A program made the translations under genes and the position numbers. Below the pieces are notes generated by a model that saw nothing but the letters and a program-made list of their open reading frames with translations, was not told the origin of the DNA and did not search any database. From Minisyncoccota bacterium (GTDB lineage Bacteria; Patescibacteriota; Minisyncoccia; Minisyncoccales; JAQTPW01), in assembly GCA_028712565.1 (NCBI GenBank), contig JAQTPW010000003.1, forward strand, positions 2,197-66,196: a stretch of DNA of 64,000 nt. Reading direction: 5' to 3'. How positions within the stretch are numbered: position 1 is the stretch's first letter; the number at the start of each line of letters is the position of its first letter. Of the stretch, positions 37,578-47,196 are shown piece by piece.

Positions 37578-38491
37578 AGAATCATTTTTAATAAAGCCAT
37601 TCGAATATAAAGTCCGTTTTCAGCTTGTCGAAAATAAGCCGCTCTCGGATCTTTATCAACTTCTTTTGAAATTTCATCATTTCGAGGCAGGGGATGCATT
37701 ACAATCGCGTCCTTTTTCATCAGATCCAGCACTTCTTTATTTACTATACAGAAATCGTCTTTGGCGTACGCCACAGAAGTGCCCCGTTCTTTTTGGGTCC
37801 TAGTTTGATAAATCACATCAACCAATCCTGCAACTTTCCGAATGTCGTTTGTTTCTTCAAACCAGATGCCGTGTCTTCTGAGATAATCTTTAATATCATC
37901 TTTTATTTTTGCGGTTTCCGGAGAAATGTAATAAATTTTTATTCCGGAAAATTTGCCGGCCAAGTAAGAAAGCGATCGGACTGTTCTGCCATTTACTAGG
38001 TCTCCCATCATAGCGATTGAGATGCCGGCAATTTTGCCCACTTCTTTTTTTATCGTGTATAAATCAAGCAGGGCTTGGGTTGGATGCTGGCCTGAGCCGT
38101 CACCCGCATTAATAATTGGGACTTTTGAATATTCTGTTGCAGTTTTTGCCATTCCTTCTTTGTCAGATCTTAAAACAATGACATCTGGCCGATAGCCCGA
38201 AAGTATTCGTATTGTGTCTTCGATATTTTCTCCTTTTGCGGCTGAAGAAAACTCTCTGGCATTTTCGGTAGAAAAAACTACACGTCCGCCTAAAAAATCC
38301 ATTGCCATATGAAACGATAATCTAGTTCTCGTGCTTGGCTCATAAAAGAAGCTAACCATCCGTTTTCCGGAAAGCTCATTGGATCCCTTGCTCCTGGCAA
38401 CTTTTTCCATTTCATCAGCTAAGGGGAAAAGCTCTTTTTCGAGCCATTCTCTGCTGAATTGCTGCGCCTCGATAATATGATTTGTCTTCAT
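37568..38491 (-). CDS. pyrB: Aspartate carbamoyltransferase catalytic subunit
   Basis: EPSTRTRLSF, HPTQALLD, HPLPR motifs; 307 aa. Confidence 0.85.
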   Translation of the reverse strand: MKTNHIIEAQQFSREWLEKELFPLADEMEKVARSKGSNELSGKRMVSFFYEPSTRTRLSFHMAMDFLGGRVVFSTENAREFSSAAKGENIEDTIRILSGYRPDVIVLRSDKEGMAKTATEYSKVPIINAGDGSGQHPTQALLDLYTIKKEVGKIAGISIAMMGDLVNGRTVRSLSYLAGKFSGIKIYYISPETAKIKDDIKDYLRRHGIWFEETNDIRKVAGLVDVIYQTRTQKERGTSVAYAKDDFCIVNKEVLDLMKKDAIVMHPLPRNDEISKEVDKDPRAAYFRQAENGLYIRMALLKMILAG

Positions 38492-38602
38492 TGTCTATCG
38501 TTTTGTTTAAACGATAAAAACTTTTGTCCTCCTGCCATAAAATTATCATTAATCAGATAATTTGTAAATCAGGGTATATTATATTAAAATAAAAAAGATT
38601 AA

Positions 38603-40243
38603 ATGTTAAAACGAATTTTTAATTCCCAATCAAAAACTATTACCGGGGCTACCGGCATTTTGGCAGTTTCTTCTATAATCAGCGGCCTTTTGGGTCTTTT
38701 GACAGACAGGTTTTTGGCACATCGCTTTGGGGCAAGCATGGAAACGAGCATTTATTTTGCCGCCTTTCGAATTCCCGACTTAGTTTATAATATCTTAATT
38801 TCCGGCGGAATTTTGGTTGCCTTTTTGCCAATTTTTACTGAATACTTTTCCTCTGATGAAAAAAAAGCTTGGCAAATGACAAATTATGTTTTAAATATTT
38901 TTTTCCTTCTTTTGGTTTTAATTTCCATTGCGCTTTTTATTTTAACGCCTTGGCTGATTGGCAAATTTATACTTCCTGATTTTAGCGGTGAGGGAAAGGC
39001 TTTGGCGATTATTTTAACGAGAATTTTACTTATCCAGCCAATTTTTTTGGGGCTATCTAATATTTTTTCCGGAGTTTTGCATTATTTCAATAGGTTTTTA
39101 ATCTATAGTTTAGCCCCCATATTTTATAATTTGGGAATTATATTCGGCATTTTATTTTTGGCGCCCTATTTTGGAATTTTGGGAGTTGGCCTCGGGGTGA
39201 TCCTAGGAGCTTTTCTGCATTTGGCAATTCAGATTCCGTCTGCGATAAATTGCGGATTTAAATACGAATTTCTTTTTAATTTTAAATATCCGGCAGTTAA
39301 AAAAATATTTTCTTTAATGGGTACTCGAATTTTTGCCCTTTCGGCAAACCAGATTAACTTGATTGCATTAACCGCCATTGCCTCAAGAATTGCCGAAGGC
39401 AGTATTGCTATTTTTAATTATTCCAGCGCCATACAAGGCCTGCCCGTGACGATTTTAGGAATTTCTTTGGCAACAGTTGCGTTTCCCACTTTTTCCCGGC
39501 TTTGGGTAAATGGCCAAAAAAAAGCATTTGCGGAAAAGTTCTCGCAAATAATACGCCAGATTTTCTTTTTAATAATACCGGCCAGCATTTTAATTTTTCT
39601 TTTGCGAGCTCAAATCGTAAGAATAATTTTAGGAACTGGCCGTTTTGGCTGGGATGATACTAGGTTGGCCGCAGCTTCTTTGGGATTGTTTGCTTTGGGA
39701 ATTTTTGCAGCGACTATTACACCTTTTCTAATCAGAATATTTTTTTCTTTCCAAGATACTAAAATTCCAACTTTTACCGCCGTAATTTCAGCTATGATCA
39801 GCATTGGCCTTGCCTTTATTTTTAAATCCGCCTTAAATTCCCCTAATTTTTTTAGCAATTTTGCAAATAATAACCTGAAGCTTCAAGGCGTTGGGAATAT
39901 CGCCGTAATCGGCCTGCCTTTGGCAATTTCAATTGCAAGCATTCTGCAGTTTTTACTGCTTTCTATTTTTCTTTATAAAAAAATCGGGGACTTTGGAGTA
40001 AAAGAAATTTTAAATTCCCTAAAAAAAATTTTATTAGCAAGTATTTTAATGGCGGAAATTACTTATGTTTCTCTTATGGCCGCGGCGCATTTTGTCAATA
40101 TGCAAACCTTTTTTGGCGTTTTTCTCCAAGCCGCAATCGCTGGCTCTATCGGAATTTTGGTTTATGTTTTAATAACATTTTATTTAAAATCTCCCGAATT
40201 TGATTCATTTAAATTAAGCATTCAAAGCAAATTTAGAAAATAA
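38603..40243 (+). CDS. murJ: Lipid II flippase MurJ (MviN)
   Basis: 14-TM MOP-family pattern with N-terminal SRxLGLxRD-like motif (SGLLGLLTDRFLAHRFG). Confidence 0.85.
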   Translation: MLKRIFNSQSKTITGATGILAVSSIISGLLGLLTDRFLAHRFGASMETSIYFAAFRIPDLVYNILISGGILVAFLPIFTEYFSSDEKKAWQMTNYVLNIFFLLLVLISIALFILTPWLIGKFILPDFSGEGKALAIILTRILLIQPIFLGLSNIFSGVLHYFNRFLIYSLAPIFYNLGIIFGILFLAPYFGILGVGLGVILGAFLHLAIQIPSAINCGFKYEFLFNFKYPAVKKIFSLMGTRIFALSANQINLIALTAIASRIAEGSIAIFNYSSAIQGLPVTILGISLATVAFPTFSRLWVNGQKKAFAEKFSQIIRQIFFLIIPASILIFLLRAQIVRIILGTGRFGWDDTRLAAASLGLFALGIFAATITPFLIRIFFSFQDTKIPTFTAVISAMISIGLAFIFKSALNSPNFFSNFANNNLKLQGVGNIAVIGLPLAISIASILQFLLLSIFLYKKIGDFGVKEILNSLKKILLASILMAEITYVSLMAAAHFVNMQTFFGVFLQAAIAGSIGILVYVLITFYLKSPEFDSFKLSIQSKFRK

Positions 40244-40245
40244 TT

Positions 40246-42024
40246 ATGCAAAACATCAGAAATTTCTGCATAATCTCGCATGTCAATCATGGAAAATCAA
40301 CTTTGGCTGATAGGTTTTTGGAAATAACTAACACTATACCCAAGGAAAAAATGAAACCTCAGTATTTGAATTTAATGGATTTGGAAAGGGAAAAAGGAAT
40401 TACCATTAAAATGCAGCCGGTCAGAATGTCCTATATTCTAAATTCTAAATCCTATATTCTCAACCTAATTGATACCCCGGGCCATGTTGATTTTTCTTAC
40501 GAAGTATCAAGGTCTTTGGCGGCGGTTGAGGGAGCTATTCTGTTAGTCGACGCGACAAGAGGAATTCAGGCGCAAACCATAGCTAATTTGGAATTGGCAA
40601 AAAAGCAGAATTTAGTTATCATCCCGGCACTAAACAAAATAGATTCGCCGCAGGCAAGGACCGAAGAAGCAAAAGAGGAATTGGCTTATTTGTTAAATAT
40701 TCAAAAGGAAGAAATCTTTTCTGTTTCGGCAAAAAACGGTACAAATGTTGAACAGGTTTTGTCGGCCGTAATTGAAAAAATTCCCGGTCCGCGGGGCGAC
40801 TCAAATAAGCCCTTCCGCGCCTTAATTTTCGGCTCTCAATATGATTCGTTCCAAGGAGTAATTGCTTATGTCAGAGTTATTGATGGAGAAATTAGAGCCG
40901 GTGAAAAAATTAATTTATTGCAGGCAAAGGCTTTGGGAGACGTAAAGGAAGTAGGATATTTCAAGCCCGAATTTAAAAAGTCGGATAAATTATTTTCTGG
41001 AGAAATAGGTTATATCGCAACGGGAATTAAAGAGCCCGGAAAAGTAAGAGTGGGAGACACCATTTCAAAAATTATTGAAGCAGAACCCTTGCCCGGATAC
41101 GAAGAGCCAAAACCTATGGTTTTTGCCAGTTTGTACCCGGAAAACCCTGCCGACTTTGAATTATTAAAAGATGCTTTGGAAAAATTAAAATTAAAAGATG
41201 CTTCCCTAACCTTTGAATTGGAGTCGCAGGAAACTTTAGGCCGCGGGTTCCGCTGCGGATTTTTAGGGTCTTTGCACGCCGAAATCGTTTCGGAAAGATT
41301 GCTAAGGGAATTTGGCTTGACCTTGGTAATTTCCCGGCCTTCTGTTGTATATAAAATTATAAATCAGCAGAATAAAGAAATTTTAATTTTTTCTCCATCC
41401 GACTGGCCGCTTTCCACCGAAATAAAAGAAATTCAGGAGCCTTGGGTAGAGCTGGAAGTGATCACTCCCCAAGAATATATGGGTCAAGTTATGGAATTAA
41501 TAAAAAAATTAAAGGGGAATTTTGTAAAAAGCGATTATTTTGTTTCTGAGAAAACAGTATTTGTTTACGAGGTTCCGTTAAGAGAAATTATTGTTGGTTT
41601 TTATGATAGTTTAAAAGAAGTAAGCAGGGGATTTGCATCAATGAATTATAAGGTTTTGGGATACAGGCCGGGGGATTTGGTTAAAATGGAAATTTTAGTC
41701 GCCGGGAAAAAGGAAGAAGCATTTTCTAAAATAGTCCAAAAAGACGACGCCTTTGACGAAGGGAAAAAAATAGTTCAAAAATTAAAAGAAATTTTGCCAG
41801 CCCAGTTATATGCGGTGGCTTTGCAGGCGAGCATTTCAGGAAAAATTATTGCCCGGGAAAATATTGGAGCAAAAAGAAGAGATGTTATTGCTCCGCTTTA
41901 CGGCGGCGACTATACAAGGAAGAGAAAATTATTAGAAAGGCAAAAAGAAGGCAAAAAAGACCTAAAAGAAAAAGGGGATATTAGAATTCCCCAAAAAGTA
42001 TTTTTGGAAATGTTCCAGAGCTAG
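40246..42024 (+). CDS. lepA: Translation elongation factor 4 (LepA)
   Basis: IRNFCIISHVNHGKSTLADR, LIDTPGHVDF, NKID, and a LepA-specific C-terminus. Confidence 0.95.
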   Translation: MQNIRNFCIISHVNHGKSTLADRFLEITNTIPKEKMKPQYLNLMDLEREKGITIKMQPVRMSYILNSKSYILNLIDTPGHVDFSYEVSRSLAAVEGAILLVDATRGIQAQTIANLELAKKQNLVIIPALNKIDSPQARTEEAKEELAYLLNIQKEEIFSVSAKNGTNVEQVLSAVIEKIPGPRGDSNKPFRALIFGSQYDSFQGVIAYVRVIDGEIRAGEKINLLQAKALGDVKEVGYFKPEFKKSDKLFSGEIGYIATGIKEPGKVRVGDTISKIIEAEPLPGYEEPKPMVFASLYPENPADFELLKDALEKLKLKDASLTFELESQETLGRGFRCGFLGSLHAEIVSERLLREFGLTLVISRPSVVYKIINQQNKEILIFSPSDWPLSTEIKEIQEPWVELEVITPQEYMGQVMELIKKLKGNFVKSDYFVSEKTVFVYEVPLREIIVGFYDSLKEVSRGFASMNYKVLGYRPGDLVKMEILVAGKKEEAFSKIVQKDDAFDEGKKIVQKLKEILPAQLYAVALQASISGKIIARENIGAKRRDVIAPLYGGDYTRKRKLLERQKEGKKDLKEKGDIRIPQKVFLEMFQS

Positions 42025-42167
42025 TTCGGCTTGATTTACAAGAAGACTTTGTTAGTATCTAAACAGTGGAGCAATCAAAATACCAATAGTGCTTAGAGCC
42101 ACTATTACGACGCCAGTTACCCAAATTATTCTAAATATTTTTTTGCCAGTAATTTTCATCAATTTCT

Positions 42168-42551
42168 ATGATATCAAGAAAAAATAAAAAAGAAAATACA
42201 ACTCAAGGCGCAATTTTTGCAATAGCGGTGGCAATAATTACGGTTTTAGTAACGGTATTTTTAGTGGTTTCTAACTGGAGAATAAACCAAAGAAAAACAG
42301 ATCTTACACAAAAGGCCGAATCTTTAAAAAAAGAGATTCAGACGTTAGAAGATAAAATTACAAATTTAAAAGCGAACGCAACGCAGACCCAAAATCAGGA
42401 ATATTTGGAGCAGATTGCGAGAGATAATTTAGGGCTGAAAAAAGAAGGAGAAGAAGTAGTTGTTGTTACATCAGAAGCTACCACGACAGAAATAAAAACC
42501 GAAGTGAAAAAAAATTTTTGGCAAAAGATTTGGGACAAACTCGGGTTTTAA
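42168..42551 (+). CDS. Septum formation initiator family protein (FtsB/DivIC-like)
   Basis: Single TM helix + coiled coil + EQIARDNLGLKKEGEEVVVV signature. Confidence 0.65.
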   Translation: MISRKNKKENTTQGAIFAIAVAIITVLVTVFLVVSNWRINQRKTDLTQKAESLKKEIQTLEDKITNLKANATQTQNQEYLEQIARDNLGLKKEGEEVVVVTSEATTTEIKTEVKKNFWQKIWDKLGF

Positions 42552-42576
42552 ATTTATCTGAAAATTTCTTTATGTT

Positions 42577-42647
42577 GCGGGCGTAGTATAGTGGTAGTAC
42601 ATAACCTTCCCAAGGTTAATACGTGGGTTCGATTCCCATCGCCCGCT
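42577..42647 (+). tRNA. tRNA-Gly (anticodon CCC)
   Basis: Cloverleaf read by hand: acceptor GCGGGCG/CGCCCGC, anticodon loop TTCCCAA, T-loop TTCGATT; no encoded CCA. Confidence 0.9.
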
Positions 42648-42768
42648 CAAAAACCAATCTCAATTTTTCAGCGAGGCTTGCCAACACGAAGATGAGCGGC
42701 CCGCTTGGATATAAACAATCGCGTTCTTGCGCGTTTTTTTGTTCAAGTTTCTGTCGATGGTGGACAGA

Positions 42769-42812
42769 CCTTGCCGTAGAATTGTAGCCATGGCTACAAT
42801 TCTACGGCAAGG
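42769..42812. repeat. Perfect 44-bp palindrome (22-bp arms, no spacer)
   Basis: CCTTGCCGTAGAATTGTAGCCA|TGGCTACAATTCTACGGCAAGG. Confidence 0.95.
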
Positions 42813-42917
42813 ATTTGAAAAAAATAAAAAGCCAAAATGAGTAAGGGCTTGATTTTTTTACGCGCCATAATAAGATTAGAATAGTTCTATATCCAGAATA
42901 TTAAAAAGGAGTGAAAA

Positions 42918-43245
42918 ATGGCAGAATTGTCGTCCGAAGAAAGAAAAAAAAGCGCTCGATTTGATTCATAAACAGCCCGATAATTTTCGATGGAGGATTA
43001 ACGGAGTTGTTATCACACGCGACGAAATTATCAAAAGGATTACTAAAGATTCAAAAGAAACCATTGACTTGGTGAATTCACAATCAGGACTCGATTCTGA
43101 AAGTAAAACTGTTCTCGGGAAGCGGTATCTGTGTTTAGTATGCGATACTGAGGCGCTTTGCACTAAAGCTGGCTTGGCTATTTTGTCTTGCTGTAATCAA
43201 GCGATGGTTGTCCAAGGCGCAAAGCAGCTAGCAGCGTCGGATTAG
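42918..43245 (+). CDS. Small protein with C-terminal desulforedoxin-like CxxC...CC domain; reading frame interrupted at an A8 tract
   Basis: Strong SD AAAGGAG + ATG at 42918 gives MAELSSEERKK. The frame then shifts +1 at A8 (42944-42951) into the 42961-43245 ORF (YLCLVCDTEALCTKAGLAILSCCNQAM). Confidence 0.5.
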
Positions 43246-43386
43246 TAATAATTGTCTAATTATCACTGCGGGATGATAACTTCACCCCGCTTTTCTATTT
43301 AATTTTAGACCTTAATTTTAATTGATTTTTGCTTCTTGTAATGATAAACTTGGTATGAAGAAACGCGCGGTTTACCCGCCCTTTAT

Positions 43387-43458
43387 GCCGATGTAGCTCA
43401 GTGGTAGAGCAACTGTTTCGTAAACAGTAGGTCGTCGGTTCAAGTCCGACCATCGGCT
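43387..43458 (+). tRNA. tRNA-Thr (anticodon CGT)
   Basis: Acceptor GCCGATG/CATCGGC, D-arm GCTCAGTGGTAGAGC, anticodon loop TTCGTAA, T-arm GTCGGTTCAAGTCCGAC. Confidence 0.9.
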
Positions 43459-43475
43459 CAAAAAAGTGAGAAATT

Positions 43476-44510
43476 ATGGAAAAAAATTTTAAAAAAATTT
43501 TTATAATCGCATTAATATCTTTGGGTTTTTTAACTCCTGTTTTTTCTTTTGCCAAAAATTTTGAAAAAGATCTTTATTTTGGCTTGAAAGGGAATTCAGA
43601 CGTAATAAATCTTCAGAAGTTTTTAGCTTCGGTCGGCAGTTATTCGGGCCCTGTTACCGGAAATTTTCTTTCTATGACCTTGGAAGGCGTTAAAAATTTT
43701 CAAAAAAAACAGGGAATTACTCCGGTTGCCGGCTATTTCGGCCCCAAAACCCGGCAAAGGGCGAATGAGTTGCTGGCTTTAAAAACCGAGACTGCCGGAA
43801 CCACTACAAGAGCGAATTTAACCAGCACTGTCGCGAACGCAACAAGCGCGGTTGCAACCTCAAGCATTTCAAACCGGATTTTAATAATCGGGGATTCATT
43901 TATGGCTTTGGGCGGCGGAATCGGAAATCCTTTAGAACAAGAATTATGGACTTATAAAGATATAATAATTTACAGGTATGGTAAGGTTTCAAGCGGCCTT
44001 TCGGTTCCAAGCTTTTTTGATTGGAATGTAAAAGCAAAAGAAATGATCTCTCAATATAACCCCAATATTGTAATCATTATGTTGGGAGCAAATGACAATC
44101 AAAATCTAAGGACGCCCGAAGGGAAATTAATATTTTATGGGAATGCGGGCTGGAATGAAGAATATGCAAGAAGAGTAGGTGTTTTTTTAAAAATTTTTGA
44201 AGAGAATAATATTACGGTTTTTTGGGTAGGGCAGCCAATAATGCGAGATGCGAATTTTTCAAACGCAATGAAAAGATTAAACTCAGTTTATGAAGCCGAG
44301 ATAAATGACCATAAAAATTCTTATTATATTTCTATCTGGAATATTATGTCTGATGATACGGGAAATTATACCGATTATATAACAGGAGAGAATGGCGAAA
44401 AAATATTAGCCCGGGTTTGGGACGGAATACATATTAATTATTCTGCCGGCAAAATTGTGGCTTTGGATATCATTAGCAAAATAAAAGAAGCTATAAAATT
44501 GGAAAAGTAA
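43476..44510 (+). CDS. Secreted peptidoglycan-binding-domain + SGNH/GDSL hydrolase
   Basis: PG_binding_1-like LQKFL...GPVTGNF...TLEGVKNFQKKQGI, then ILIIGDSF, MLGANDNQ, DGIH blocks. Confidence 0.7.
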   Translation: MEKNFKKIFIIALISLGFLTPVFSFAKNFEKDLYFGLKGNSDVINLQKFLASVGSYSGPVTGNFLSMTLEGVKNFQKKQGITPVAGYFGPKTRQRANELLALKTETAGTTTRANLTSTVANATSAVATSSISNRILIIGDSFMALGGGIGNPLEQELWTYKDIIIYRYGKVSSGLSVPSFFDWNVKAKEMISQYNPNIVIIMLGANDNQNLRTPEGKLIFYGNAGWNEEYARRVGVFLKIFEENNITVFWVGQPIMRDANFSNAMKRLNSVYEAEINDHKNSYYISIWNIMSDDTGNYTDYITGENGEKILARVWDGIHINYSAGKIVALDIISKIKEAIKLEK

Positions 44511-44528
44511 AATTTCACAAATTCAGTG

Positions 44529-45833
44529 ATGAAAATAAAAAACTCTCTCGAGCAAAAGTCAAAAAAAGGCGAAAAATTTTATATTTTTGCCCTTTTTGCA
44601 TTAATAATAATCTCTTCTTTTATATTTTTAAACGGAAAGGTTTTTAATTTAAAGGAAGCTGCAATAATTGAGTCAAATAATTTAATTGATATTTTCCAAA
44701 AAACCGGGGCAACTTCTTCGGAAATAGTACCCGAAAAAGAATCCAAAAAGCCAGAAATTGGCACAGAAAAAACAAATACAGCCCAGCAAAAAATAATTAC
44801 AAATTTAATAGATCCAGCGGGGCAACTCGTACACCATCTTTTTAATATAGAAAATGTACCGGCGGCAAAAGGTGTAGTTTTTACTCCAAACGATAAAGAA
44901 ATTTGGATGACTTTGCTTTTAAATGAAAATTCAGGAGTCAGCATTTTTGAAGCAAAAAGCGGAAAGAAAATTACTGATATAAATTTAGCAGGCGGAGGCG
45001 GAGTAGAAATTATTTTTTCAAAGGATGGAAGTCGGGCTTATGTCAGCCAAATGGAAACTGCAAAAGTTTTTGAAATAAATGCCATAACCAAAAAAGTTTT
45101 AAGAGTTTTTGATACAAAAAGCACTTGGACTAAAGTTCTTGAACTTTCTCCGGATGGTAAAACTCTTTTTGCTTCCAATTGGGTAGGGAATGACGTTTCG
45201 GAAATAAACCTTGAGACCGGAAAATTACTTCGCAATATTCCTGTGGTAAAAACGCCAAGGGGGCTTTATGCGACAAAGGATGGAAACTATCTTTATGTGG
45301 CAGGTTTTGGAAATGGAGAAATTGAAAAAGTGGATTTAAAAACTGGAAAAGGAAAAATACTTTATACTTCGGGCGGAGCTATGCGTCATATTGTGGCTGA
45401 TGAAGAAAAAGGAGTTCTTTATATTTCTGATATGGGGAAAAATGCGATTTTTCAGCTTTCGCTTTCCGACGATTCGGTAAAAAAATTTGCGGACACTGAT
45501 AAAAACCCAAACACGATTGAATTGTCTCCCGATAAAAAAATTCTTTATGTTTCCTGCAGGGGAGAAAATTATTCCGCAACAAATTATTATGTTCCTGGTC
45601 CTGAATGGGGAACTGTTTTACTTTTTGATACTCAAGACGGAAAAATGCTGGATGCAATTGTCGGCGGAAACCAGCCAACTGCTCTTGATGTCTCAAACGA
45701 TGGAAAATATCTTATTTTTTCCGATTTTTTAGATAATAGAATGGAAGTTTTTGAAATTCCTTCATATGAAATATTAAAAGCGGGCAATGGCGGAAGGAGC
45801 AATATCTATAAAAGCGATATAAAAAAATATTAA
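44529..45833 (+). CDS. Membrane-anchored beta-propeller repeat protein (YVTN/lactonase-like)
   Basis: N-terminal TM helix; repeated about 40-aa units with SPDGK/SNDGKYL/TKDGNYLYV motifs. Confidence 0.6.
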   Translation: MKIKNSLEQKSKKGEKFYIFALFALIIISSFIFLNGKVFNLKEAAIIESNNLIDIFQKTGATSSEIVPEKESKKPEIGTEKTNTAQQKIITNLIDPAGQLVHHLFNIENVPAAKGVVFTPNDKEIWMTLLLNENSGVSIFEAKSGKKITDINLAGGGGVEIIFSKDGSRAYVSQMETAKVFEINAITKKVLRVFDTKSTWTKVLELSPDGKTLFASNWVGNDVSEINLETGKLLRNIPVVKTPRGLYATKDGNYLYVAGFGNGEIEKVDLKTGKGKILYTSGGAMRHIVADEEKGVLYISDMGKNAIFQLSLSDDSVKKFADTDKNPNTIELSPDKKILYVSCRGENYSATNYYVPGPEWGTVLLFDTQDGKMLDAIVGGNQPTALDVSNDGKYLIFSDFLDNRMEVFEIPSYEILKAGNGGRSNIYKSDIKKY

Positions 45834-45858
45834 TTCGTCCATTTTTAGTTATCCACAC

Positions 45859-45887
45859 TTGACACCAATTCTTTCCTAAAATATAAT
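45859..45887 (+). promoter_or_regulatory. Consensus sigma-70 promoter
   Basis: TTGACA-17 nt-TATAAT, preceded by TTATCCACA. Confidence 0.6.
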
Positions 45888-45893
45888 GTAATG

Positions 45894-46039
45894 TATAAGG
45901 GATTACAAATCCAATTGTTCTCCAGGAGAATCAACCCCTTATTATAGCACCTTCACAACGTTTTATTTATAAGATTAAAGGAGACTCTGTTCTCCTTTTT
46001 CTTTTTCTTCAAATTATTTAAGCCCAACCGGGCTTTTTT
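45894..46039 (+). ncRNA. Candidate small RNA / prfB leader with two tandem terminators
   Basis: 5' ATAAGGG pairs with CCCTTAT about 40 nt downstream, around two small hairpins. Terminators at 45979-46001 and 46020-46039. Confidence 0.3.
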
Positions 46040-46094
46040 GCATTTTTGAGTGCTCTTTTAATTTTTAAAAAAAATGATATGATTCAAATTGAAT

Positions 46095-47196
46095 ATGGAC
46101 AATTTTTTAGAGAAAATTAAGGATTTAAAATTAAAAATCCGCCACTTGGCGGACTGCCTTTGACGCTGAAAATAAGAAAAAAACAATACAATATTTGGAA
46201 GCTGAGATGCAAAAGCCCGATTTCTGGCAAGACAAGGAAGGGGCTGCCAAAATTTCAGAAGAATTGGCAAATTTAAAAGAAGAAGTTTCGCAAATTGAAA
46301 TTTTGGAAAAAGAAATTAAGGATTTGGAAGAATTAGCAAATTTATCTGACGAAACTTTGCAGGAAGAGTTGGATAAAAAAATAGAAAGTTTGGAAATAAA
46401 ATTAAAAAAAGAAGAAAGAAAAACTTTCTTATCGGGAAAACACGATAGGGGAAACGCAATTTTATCAATTTATTCAGGTGCCGGAGGCCAGGATGCCCAG
46501 GACTGGGCAACTATGTTATTGAGAATGTATCAAAGATACTGCGAGAGAAAGGGTTTTAAATCAGAAATTTTAAGCCAGTCATTCGGAGACGCTGGAGGCC
46601 CGGAAGGAAGAATTGGAACAAAATCAGCTACGTTGGAAATAAAGGGAAGCTATGCTTACGGGCTTTTGAAAAAAGAAACCGGAGTCCACAGATTGGTGCG
46701 GCTTTCTCCGTTTTCTGCCCAGTCCTTGCGGCATACCTCATTTGCATTAGTTGAAGTTTTGCCGGAAATTACAACCGAAGATGAAAAAGAAATTGAGATA
46801 AAGCCCGAAGATTTAAAAATTGATTTTTATTGCTCTTCTGGTCCGGGCGGCCAATATGTAAATAAAAGAGAAACAGCTGTCCGGATAACTCATCTGCCCA
46901 CAGGAATTATAGTCACCTGCCAATCGGAAAGATTGCAGGGTGAGAACAGAAAGAAAGCCATGAAAATGTTATTATCTAAATTATATAAGTTGCGGGAAGA
47001 AAACCAGAAAAAAGAATTATCAGAGATCAAAGGAGAAAAAATTTCTGCCAGCTGGGGGAATCAAATAAGAAGCTATGTCTTGCATCCATATAAATTAGTA
47101 AAAGACTTAAGAACCGATCTTGAAGTTAAAAACCCCGAAGATGTTTTAGATGGAAATTTAGACCAATTTATTGAAGCGGAAATACAATTAAAATGA
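46095..47196 (+). CDS. prfB: Peptide chain release factor 2 with programmed +1 frameshift (46095-46160 joined to 46162-47196)
   Basis: ORF0 MDNFLEKIKDLKLKIRHLADCL ends at CTT TGA C (46158-46164). The +1 frame continues DAENKK...PDFWQD and carries SPF and GGQ (SGPGGQYVNK) motifs. Confidence 0.9.

Noticed and set aside
42052-42159. 35-aa - strand ORF MKITGKKIFRIIWVTGVVIVALSTIGILIAPLFRY (single TM helix) between lepA and the FtsB-like gene
   Set aside because: It looks plausible as a small membrane protein. However, it has no Shine-Dalgarno, its start abuts the divergent ftsB-like start by 8 nt, and nothing can be verified without homologs.
43295-43555. 86-aa - strand ORF
   Set aside because: It runs antisense through tRNA-Thr and the start of the 43476 gene. 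It has no RBS, and its sequence is dominated by tRNA complement.
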